The notes under the pieces are model-generated. The model was not told the DNA's origin. It saw only the letters and a list, made by a program, of their open reading frames with translations, and did not search any database. The position numbers and the translations under genes are program-made. From a bacterium (GTDB lineage: Bacteria > SZUA-182 > DTGQ01 > JAFGSM01): a stretch of 15,215 bases of DNA. Positions 1 through 6,811 of this stretch are shown piece after piece. Where the stretch lies: NCBI GenBank assembly GCA_049472315.1, contig JBLIRN010000035.1:1-15215 (forward strand). Reading direction: 5' to 3'. Position 1 is the first letter of the stretch. The number at the start of each line of letters is the position of its first letter.

Positions 1-2472
1 GTCGGTTTTTGCCACGCTCCCCTCATCGGGATGGCATTGTCTGCATAGAAGGGATTCGGGGGCAGAGGTCATGCGCAGGAAGCTATCCCTCCCGGTTCCT
101 TCACTCTTTTTCCCCTCACCCCTTCCCTCTGCTATCGGGTCCCATTGATGCGGATCATGACATGTTGAACAGCCAATGCCACCCTGTTCAGCCTCCACCC
201 TCCCCTGATCATCATAGAGGGGGAACTCAAGGTCCGATACCTTCGGCCTGACAGCCATGGGATGGGTGCGGGGGCTGATGACCTTTTCCCGTGCACACCC
301 CTCCCTGAAGTGGCAGGATTCACAGAGCTGGTTGCCGGGAGTGCCTCCCTTTCCGATGTCTTTTGCAAATATCCGTATACCGCGCGCATTATGAGGGATA
401 TGGCAGGCCCCGCACACCCCGCTCTGATCGGCGGTCATGCCCATGATATTGATTTCCTTTCGTGCGGTAACCATCAGGTCATGCTCCGTGTGCGCAACGT
501 ACCCCTTTGTGAGATGGCATTGTACACACAGCGATGAATCCCTATCATTAACAATTCGCAGGAAGCTGCTATCCCCGTCCCCTTCGAGCATTCGCCCCGG
601 ACCGGAGGATTTCTTCCCCGGTGACCATTGATGCGGATCATGACACGATCCGCAGGTTACGAGGCCGCCAATCTGCGCACATTCGCCGCTGCGGTCATAC
701 TGAGGAAGCCCGATCGCATGATCCGCCTTCAACAGGGACATGTCCCTTTCGGTGGGATGTGTGTTCCGACCGATGAGTTTCTTTTCCCCGCACCCCCCCG
801 GCCTGTGACAGGAGGTGCAGATGCTGGTTATGGTGAAATCCTGTTGCTGGACATCCTTCGCCCATATTCGTATTGATGTCCCGTTATGCACGAGATGGCA
901 GGGGCTGCATACGCCCCCGGTCTCGGTCGTCTGCCCCGAGGAGTTTGCCTCGATTGGCGCGGACAGGGAGAGGTCATGCTCCGTTTTGAATATGGCCCTT
1001 TTTTCTTCATGGCAGCTCAGGCACAGGGAGGATGCGGGCACATCCGCCCTTCGCAAGAAGCTGTTTCGCCGGTCTCCTTCCATTTTAATCCCCGGTCCGG
1101 AAGAGGCCCCGGAGGGATCCCAGGTATGGGGATCGTGGCATGTGGCGCAGGCAACATATCCGTTCCCTGATCGTTCCCCTCGCCTGTCAAAAAGGGGCAG
1201 GTCCGTTTTCCCCCCGATGCGTTCAAGCCCCCGGCCCACCGGGTGTGAGAATCGTCCGGTAGACTTTGCCGTTGCAGGCTTCCCCTGTTCATGGCAGCTT
1301 GTGCACAGGGGTGAAATGACATCGCCTCCATGGCGTTGCTCCGTGCCCCGTGCCCAGAGCTTTGCATCTCCGGCATTGTGCGGGATATGACAGGGGCTGC
1401 ATATGCCTGCGTCCGATATGTTTTTTCCAACGATATTAACGGCCTGGGGGGCGGTTATGCTCAGGTCATGGTCGGTGCCGGCCATTATTGCCTTCTTTGT
1501 ATGGCAATCAAGGCATATCGCATCCCCCCCTCGCTTGGCAAGGATGGATGTCCGGGGTGCCGCATCGTGAGGCCAGTGACAGGTCTCACAGATAATCTCT
1601 CCCCCCTTGCCCAGGGCCACCCTTCTTCCCCCCTCCCAGACATCGGGTGGACGGGCATCCCGAGGGGGAAGATCCACGGGGTGGGAACCCATCCCCGCAC
1701 CCCTTTCAGCCCGGCTGGGATTGCTGCCGTGGCAGGCCTCGCAGAGTTCGGAGGTGAAGGTATCCGTATCGAGTCGATCGGGTATGACCAGAAGATTTTT
1801 GTCTATGGTGCCGTGCACCGTGTGGCAGGTTTCACAGATGATCTCTCCCTTGGATCCCACCCTTCCATAGCGGTCCAGGATCTTCTGCGGCACGGTAATG
1901 CCCGCAACGTTTATCGGATGATTCCCCTGTGCCCTGCCTCCGGCCTTTGTCACATGACACAGGATACACATCTCCGAGTTGCTGTTCCTGCACCGCAGAT
2001 ATATCGGCTCCTGATAGCGCAACTCATCGGATACCCCGTGAACGGTATGACACGTGGCACATACGACCTCCCCCTTTTCCCCCAGCGGCATCTCGGGCGG
2101 GATATGAACCTTTTTGGAAGGGATCATGTTGCAGTCATGCCCCCGTTTCGCCCAGAAACGCTCCCGCGAATCCACCATGATGCCGTTGTGACAGGAATAG
2201 CAGATCATTTCACTCCCTGCCACACGCTCCTTCTGGTATTCGACAAGGTCGGTCCCGCGGCCCTCCACATAAAATTGATCGAGCCACCTGAAGTGGCAGA
2301 TGGCGCATTCCTTCGCAGAGTTGCGCATGAGCTGGGCATGTGCGGTGACCTGGAAGCAGGCGAGGAGTGCGAAGGGCACAAGGCTCAGCAGGACAAGAAT
2401 GTATGAACGATGCGGCAGGACAAATGGTACCGGCACAACTTGATGAAAAAAGGTTGCTGAAGGGATTCTCAT
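1..2472 (-). CDS. Giant exported multiheme c-type cytochrome (>=20 CxxCH), 3' end truncated by the window edge; N-terminal paired-CxxCH units followed by tandem OmcE-like tetraheme modules
   Basis: Not in the ORF track. Manual translation from ATG 2472 (ATGA overlap with the NHL gene stop) to base 1 gives 824 codons with no stop: MRIPSATFFHQVVPVPFVLPHRSYILVLLSLVPFALLACFQVTAHAQLMRNSAKECAICH... Motifs in order: CAICH, CYSCH, CATCH, CILCH, CETCH, CEACH, CETCH, CLDCH, CSPCH, CTSCH, CATCH, CLSCH, CSPCH, CTSCH, CGSCH, CVQCH, CGACH, CESCH, CSTCH, CRQCH. A hydrophobic signal segment ends in AHA-Q. Confidence 0.95.
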   Translation of the reverse strand, partial: MRIPSATFFHQVVPVPFVLPHRSYILVLLSLVPFALLACFQVTAHAQLMRNSAKECAICHFRWLDQFYVEGRGTDLVEYQKERVAGSEMICYSCHNGIMVDSRERFWAKRGHDCNMIPSKKVHIPPEMPLGEKGEVVCATCHTVHGVSDELRYQEPIYLRCRNSNSEMCILCHVTKAGGRAQGNHPINVAGITVPQKILDRYGRVGSKGEIICETCHTVHGTIDKNLLVIPDRLDTDTFTSELCEACHGSNPSRAERGAGMGSHPVDLPPRDARPPDVWEGGRRVALGKGGEIICETCHWPHDAAPRTSILAKRGGDAICLDCHTKKAIMAGTDHDLSITAPQAVNIVGKNISDAGICSPCHIPHNAGDAKLWARGTEQRHGGDVISPLCTSCHEQGKPATAKSTGRFSHPVGRGLERIGGKTDLPLFDRRGERSGNGYVACATCHDPHTWDPSGASSGPGIKMEGDRRNSFLRRADVPASSLCLSCHEEKRAIFKTEHDLSLSAPIEANSSGQTTETGGVCSPCHLVHNGTSIRIWAKDVQQQDFTITSICTSCHRPGGCGEKKLIGRNTHPTERDMSLLKADHAIGLPQYDRSGECAQIGGLVTCGSCHDPHQWSPGKKSSGPGRMLEGDGDSSFLRIVNDRDSSLCVQCHLTKGYVAHTEHDLMVTARKEINIMGMTADQSGVCGACHIPHNARGIRIFAKDIGKGGTPGNQLCESCHFREGCAREKVISPRTHPMAVRPKVSDLEFPLYDDQGRVEAEQGGIGCSTCHDPHQWDPIAEGRGEGKKSEGTGRDSFLRMTSAPESLLCRQCHPDEGSVAKTD
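7..1476 (-). repeat. Three complete tandem tetraheme protein modules (164, 165 and 161 aa); a fourth probably starts at the window edge
   Basis: T[DE]HDL anchors have codons starting at 1476, 984 and 489, and an aligned TD occurs at 6. Each unit reads HDL..G[IV]CxxCHxxHN..[WF]A..CxSCH..[ST]HP..[LF]Px[FY]D..G..CxxCHDPHxWxP..EG..SFLR..LCxxCH. Confidence 0.9.
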
Positions 2473-3482
2473 TTATGCTCTAATTCATACACACTCACCC
2501 GACTGTCATGCATCTCACAGACGTAGAGACGATCATGATCATCGAAAAACAGGTCGGTGGGTACTGAAAAACGCAGTTTCTTTCGTGACCTATCCCCCAG
2601 AAGGGCAAGAAATTCGCCGTCAGGCGAAAAGGCCTGAATAACACCGATCTTTTGGTAGCTTTCAGACACAAATACCCGGCCCTGATGGTCAACCGCTATC
2701 CCCTGGGGGCGGAAGAATTGACCCTTTTCAATCCCCCACTCCCCAATGCTCCGCAAGAATTCCCCCTGAAAGTCGAATACCTGGACGCGCGTATTGAGGA
2801 CATCCACGACATATATTTTCCCATGTTGATCCATAGCAATGCCATAGGGATATCGGAACTGCCCGTTTTCAAATCCGACCTCCCCCACCTCTTTGACAAA
2901 TGACCCTTCCAGGGTGTAGATGAGAAAACGATGATTATCGTTATCCACCACAAGGAGGCGGTTATGTTTATGGTCAATGGTGAGATCGGTCGGGTCGGCG
3001 GGACAACCATAACGGTCCCCCTTGAGGATAAAATAGGTGAGCAGTTTTCCGTTGGGATCGAAGACCTGTATGCGATGATTCCCTGAATCCGCCACATACA
3101 TCCTGCCTTGATGGTCAACGGTCAATCCGAGGGGAGACTTGAATTCTCCGGGATCGGAGCCCGCCTTACCGAATTGGAAAAGGGGGCCGCCTTCATGATC
3201 ATAGACAACAACGCGGCTGTTGACCCCATCAAGCACCATGATCCGGTCCTTGAACACGGAAACCGCGCTTGGTTGATTGAAGGGCTTGTCCTTTGTCCCC
3301 GTAAGGCTGAAAAGGCGACGGCAGCGAATAATCTCCACCGGCTGAGCGCTGCACGGTGAAAAAGGCAGAGGCCCGCTGATGGCAAGAGCCACCAGCGGAA
3401 CCACAAGCCTGAAAAGGGTTATGAAGTGGGCCTTAATACTCACTGCTTTCAAACGTTGATGGCAGAAGCGGGGCTTTGCCAT
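2469..3482 (-). CDS. Exported NHL-repeat (6-bladed beta-propeller) protein
   Basis: Repeated NHL units: FKSPLGLTVDHQGRMYVADSGNHRIQVFD, FRYPYGIAMDQHGKIYVVDVLNTRVQVFD, FFRPQGIAVDHQGRVFVSES. Hydrophobic N-terminal segment LVVPLVALAISG..CSA-Q. The start is uncertain (ATG 3482, or GTG 3443 overlapping the upstream stop); the track start at 3608 lies deep inside the upstream gene. Confidence 0.9.
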   Translation of the reverse strand: MAKPRFCHQRLKAVSIKAHFITLFRLVVPLVALAISGPLPFSPCSAQPVEIIRCRRLFSLTGTKDKPFNQPSAVSVFKDRIMVLDGVNSRVVVYDHEGGPLFQFGKAGSDPGEFKSPLGLTVDHQGRMYVADSGNHRIQVFDPNGKLLTYFILKGDRYGCPADPTDLTIDHKHNRLLVVDNDNHRFLIYTLEGSFVKEVGEVGFENGQFRYPYGIAMDQHGKIYVVDVLNTRVQVFDFQGEFLRSIGEWGIEKGQFFRPQGIAVDHQGRVFVSESYQKIGVIQAFSPDGEFLALLGDRSRKKLRFSVPTDLFFDDHDRLYVCEMHDSRVSVYELEHK

Positions 3483-4356
3483 CCATGGCCCTTTGGCCCA
3501 TGGATTGCTTTTGCTGAATGATTTCATCCGGGCGGAACATGGTGGGCAGTTTGAGGGATTTATACTTCTCCACCATCTTCGCGACCTCCGTTCCAACCAA
3601 TTCATCACACAGAAACGGGGGATACCCCAGCCGTCTGAAATCCAGATAGGGTTTTTCCTTCTGATGACAGTCCGTACACTTCACGGGTTCCTTCGTCAAT
3701 TGACGGTGTATCTCGAGTTTCGCCTGGGATTGCTGGTCAAGGGTGTATTGGGACCATATCGTCAGGTATTCCTTGGCATATTCCTCGGTTACCGGCTGAT
3801 CCATCCTGACAACCGTTGGTCCCTCCAGGATACACGGGATGATCTTCGCCCCGTAGTTGCCTGAATAGGTGCCCGTGGGGATCTGCTCCTCGACCCTTTC
3901 CGAGATTCTGCCGATGATTTCGCCTGTCTGGGTGTCGAACCATTTGAATATAAGGCCTTCGCCCTTTAAATGACACACCTCGCATGCACAGAAGTAGGTA
4001 TGCATGTTATAGAGCGCCCTGGTATCCTTGTTCTTGCTGTGAGGCAAACTCCCGTGACAGACAAGACAGAGATTGGGCACCCATTCCCGAACATCGACAC
4101 TCTCATCCAGATTGTGAAAATGCTCGAGTTTGATCTGCATCTTTTTCTCGAGGATCTTCTTGAAGACATCCCCCTTGAAGGGCTGCAGCTTTGCCTGCTG
4201 CACCGGGGCCTCCTCCAGGCTGACCGGGGGAGGACCGTGACTGATCCCTTTCTTGGGTGCATAGATAACCTTGAAGAGCATCACCAACAGGACTACCAGG
4301 ATGGAATATACGATAACCGTTACTACCTTGGCAAGATTTCCGCGACCATATCTCAT
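3433..4356 (-). CDS. Membrane-anchored multiheme cytochrome c (3 CxxCH)
   Basis: N-terminal TM helix VVTVIVYSILVVLLVMLFKVIY; motifs CLVCH, CEVCH, CTDCH; extra His residues (HFH, LPH, NMH, EIH) available as distal ligands; ATGA overlap with the cytochrome b stop at 4353-4356. Confidence 0.9.
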   Translation of the reverse strand: MRYGRGNLAKVVTVIVYSILVVLLVMLFKVIYAPKKGISHGPPPVSLEEAPVQQAKLQPFKGDVFKKILEKKMQIKLEHFHNLDESVDVREWVPNLCLVCHGSLPHSKNKDTRALYNMHTYFCACEVCHLKGEGLIFKWFDTQTGEIIGRISERVEEQIPTGTYSGNYGAKIIPCILEGPTVVRMDQPVTEEYAKEYLTIWSQYTLDQQSQAKLEIHRQLTKEPVKCTDCHQKEKPYLDFRRLGYPPFLCDELVGTEVAKMVEKYKSLKLPTMFRPDEIIQQKQSMGQRAMDGKAPLLPSTFESSEY

Positions 4357-5183
4357 AGGTCCTTCTCCTCTCCCAGGTGACCCTCTTCCGTATCCGCGGC
4401 GGATGCGGTCTCGACAAGAGAGTCATCGGGTTTGCCTCTCTTGCCGGCGTCCTCAGCGAGAATATAGGTGGGTTCCTCCCTTTGCCGTTGCCCCCTTCGT
4501 TCCTTCATTATCCTTTCGTAATAGACCGGGTGCTCCTCTTCCAGATGGTGCATGGTCATCTTTCCATCGAGCCAGGAGGTGTCCTGAGGGAATTTCCCGG
4601 GTTTCAAATGGACGGCGTAGAAATGCCAGATGGAGATGGCAAAACTCGCCAGTGTAGCCTCCATCAAATGAAAGGTCGCCGCTACCTCGACAACGAACTT
4701 CGGAAAAAGGGGGGCGAGGGTCATGATGCTGCCGGTGATAAAGATCACGGTCGTGCCTATGCATCCGAAGAGATATTCCAATTTCTCCTTGTAATCATAC
4801 CGATCAAACGTGGGCCTATCATCACGCATTCCCAGCATGTATTGGACGTTTTCCTTCATCTGAATAAAATCGATCGGCTTGAGGATGATGTCCTTGAACA
4901 CCTGCCTGCCATCCTCGGTAAAGGCAAGATAGCATATGTGCCACACACACCCCACGAAGAGCCAAAAGGCAAAAAAGAAATGCAGATATCGCCGCCACCG
5001 GTAAACCGTTGCGGCATAATCACCGAACATGGCCACGACCCAGGATGTGGGGACAAGGGACATCATTCCGGTCAACACAAGGAGTAAAAAGGTGACCCAG
5101 ATGATGTTGTGCTGCCATACCTCGGTTCTATTCAACCGAATGAACCATTCCTGGTCCTCGGCTCGTCGGCCCCATTTTGGCAT
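4353..5183 (-). CDS. Di-heme cytochrome b, FdnI/HydC (formate dehydrogenase gamma-like) family; CbcB-like quinone-reactive subunit
   Basis: Four hydrophobic helices with His at about 25, 68, 82, 172, 187 and 192. FDRYDYKEKLEY and HHLEEEHP resemble conserved segments of this family. Lies 2 nt downstream of the multiheme cytochrome stop. Confidence 0.88.
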   Translation of the reverse strand: MPKWGRRAEDQEWFIRLNRTEVWQHNIIWVTFLLLVLTGMMSLVPTSWVVAMFGDYAATVYRWRRYLHFFFAFWLFVGCVWHICYLAFTEDGRQVFKDIILKPIDFIQMKENVQYMLGMRDDRPTFDRYDYKEKLEYLFGCIGTTVIFITGSIMTLAPLFPKFVVEVAATFHLMEATLASFAISIWHFYAVHLKPGKFPQDTSWLDGKMTMHHLEEEHPVYYERIMKERRGQRQREEPTYILAEDAGKRGKPDDSLVETASAADTEEGHLGEEKDL

Positions 5184-5185
5184 AA

Positions 5186-6331
5186 TCAGTGTCTCCTTTC
5201 CTTTCTTTCCTTGAGGGTGATTCTGAGATCCAGCATCTGGTGTACGAACATTGCACCTGGAACGAGAAGTATCATGATCTTATAAAAGAATTTGATGCCC
5301 CATATGATCCTCTTTTTTAGCCGTTCGGCCTTTTCATATTTGAGGGTCTCGGTGAGATCCATCTCCTCGGTTTCGGAGAGTCTGCCTTCCATCTCAACAA
5401 GTTTCGTATTCAAGAGACTGACCTTGAGACCTGTGCCATGCAGCTTGCCCCCGACAAAGGGCCTGGTCGGAGCGGTATGACACCCCGACTGCCCGCATGT
5501 CTTCAAGCGGCGATCCACGGATGTGGAGGAGTTGGGATCGGCTGAGGAAAGGATGGTGTGCGGGGTGTACCCCAATTCATCGGGCGCATGACAACTCAGG
5601 CAATGGGCGCCGTTCTCCATATCGTATTTCACGTTTCGCCAGTGAAAGGTCTCCTTGAAATTCGAGGTCACATCCAGCATGAATTTGCTCATCATTTCCT
5701 GATTGGCATGGCAGGTGTTGCACAGATCCACAATCTCCTTATTGCTCCAGCGGGACTCCGTGCGGGATATGAAATGCTGGAGAAAACGCTTTGTCCACTC
5801 GTCCTTTTCATGACACCCCAGGCACCGGGCAAGGGCCTCGGCCTCGGCATCCTCATGCCGTGCCATAATCCCGCGCATGGGTTGATAGATAGGGTTCTGA
5901 TGACAGTACTTGCATTTCGGCTGGCCGTCCTCGTATACAAAAAGCTTGGACATGCCGTGGGCACTCTTTTTGAATTGATCAACGATCGGTTTGTGGGAAA
6001 AGTCCTTGTCCGAGGATGGCTCCTTAACATGGCATTTCAGGCCGCAGTCTACCTTTTTGGCAGGTTTATGAGGCACTTCCTTGACATCCGGGTGACAATG
6101 GGTGCATTGCACGCTGCCATGAACCGTGTTTCTATACACGGTTTCATTCACGTAGAAGATCTTCTTCGTTCCGGTTTCGGGGGTAAAAGCAGCCAAACCG
6201 GAATAGCGATGACAGAGTTGGCAATTTTCCTGATCCGCAGCATTCCCGGCGGAAGACCAGATTGAAAGCACGAACCCGATCATGGTCAGGCATATCAAGA
6301 GTGGGAGCAGGGTCTTGATCCTATACCGCAT
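5186..6331 (-). CDS. Periplasmic multiheme cytochrome c (6 CxxCH + CX3CH + CX4CH) with C-terminal membrane anchor; CbcA-like / CbcL c-domain-like
   Basis: Signal peptide (LLPLLICLTMIGFVLSIWSSAGNA-A). Motifs CQLCH, CTHCH, CGLKCH, CKYCH, CLGCH, CNTCH, CLSCH, CGQSGCH. C-terminal TM helix FFYKIMILLVPGAMFVHQMLDL. GGAGG RBS upstream of ATG 6331 (track start 6343). Confidence 0.92.
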   Translation of the reverse strand: MRYRIKTLLPLLICLTMIGFVLSIWSSAGNAADQENCQLCHRYSGLAAFTPETGTKKIFYVNETVYRNTVHGSVQCTHCHPDVKEVPHKPAKKVDCGLKCHVKEPSSDKDFSHKPIVDQFKKSAHGMSKLFVYEDGQPKCKYCHQNPIYQPMRGIMARHEDAEAEALARCLGCHEKDEWTKRFLQHFISRTESRWSNKEIVDLCNTCHANQEMMSKFMLDVTSNFKETFHWRNVKYDMENGAHCLSCHAPDELGYTPHTILSSADPNSSTSVDRRLKTCGQSGCHTAPTRPFVGGKLHGTGLKVSLLNTKLVEMEGRLSETEEMDLTETLKYEKAERLKKRIIWGIKFFYKIMILLVPGAMFVHQMLDLRITLKERKERRH

Positions 6332-6578
6332 AACCACCTCCATAAAGGGATTGAGTATCTATCACATTCAAAAATGTAAACTTTTCCGCACAGGTATTCA
6401 GGCACTTCATTCCCCACGCAAGGCGTACATTACATATTCAATGCAGTGCTGCTGACCTGTGTATACCAGGCAAAACCTTTTGATTTAAAGAACATTTTTT
6501 GAAAATACATAAGGATTTTGAAGCATGTGCCTACTACGTGAATGATGAAAAATGGCGAAAAGCAGCCTATAAGAAGAG

Positions 6579-6594
6579 AGCAAATACTATGCCA
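6579..6594 (-). promoter_or_regulatory. sigma54 (RpoN) -24/-12 promoter for the cytochrome operon
   Basis: The minus strand reads TGGCATAGTATTTGCT against the consensus TGGCAC-N5-TTGCW, with exact GG-N10-GC spacing. It points toward the ATG at 6331. Confidence 0.75.
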
Positions 6595-6690
6595 TGCTAT
6601 TCAATACGGCTGGGCATTCGAAGGATATTTCCGAATCCCGCTCATCTGACGTCGTTGAATCCTGTTTCACTTCCTTGAACATGCAAAAAG

Positions 6691-6728
6691 TGTAAATGAT
6701 TCCGCCCTTCTGTATGGAAAAGCTTACA
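6691..6728. promoter_or_regulatory. Candidate upstream activator sites (inverted pair) for a sigma54 enhancer-binding protein
   Basis: TGTAAATGATTCCGCC (6691-6706) and TATGGAAAAGCTTACA (6713-6728; reverse complement TGTAAGCTTTTCCATA) lie about 100-135 bp upstream of the sigma54 site. A third copy, TGTAAACTTTTCCGCA, is at 6375-6390. Confidence 0.5.
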
Positions 6729-6787
6729 ATTGGGAACTCCCTTATCAGCGTGCTCGCGTATGTACAGGATTATTGCCTTAGGCAGAG

Positions 6788-6810
6788 AAAATGGCGCTGC
6801 CGGGGCGCCA
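6788..6810 (-). terminator. Possible intrinsic terminator after the pentapeptide-repeat gene
   Basis: The minus strand reads TGGCGC-CCCGGCA-GCGCCA-TTTT immediately after the TAG stop (6812-6814). The stem is only 6 bp and the U-tract is short. Confidence 0.4.
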
Positions 6811-6811
6811 C

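Noticed and set aside
1330..2406. 358-aa plus-strand ORF and the smaller plus-strand ORFs in 9..1390
   Set aside because: They overlap the giant cytochrome on the opposite strand. The 358-aa ORF is its codon-aligned antisense shadow (recurring MA/VT/VA dipeptides mirror Cys-His codons) and has no recognisable domain.
1..2472. Pseudogene or Sec/Pyl stop-codon readthrough as the reason no long minus-strand ORF is listed
   Set aside because: Manual translation shows no in-frame stop. The ORF is most simply absent because its stop lies outside the window.
4353..5183. Formate dehydrogenase or hydrogenase operon (fdnI/hydC)
   Set aside because: Only the cytochrome b fold is shared. No catalytic or Fe-S subunit is adjacent, and the neighbours are c-type cytochromes.
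6344..6570. Cyclic-dinucleotide (GEMM-I) riboswitch in the long leader of the cytochrome operon
   Set aside because: Such riboswitches precede cytochrome genes in Geobacter, but I could not find the GGCAAACC..GAAA..GG.ACGCAAAGC core here. An Infernal search would be decisive.
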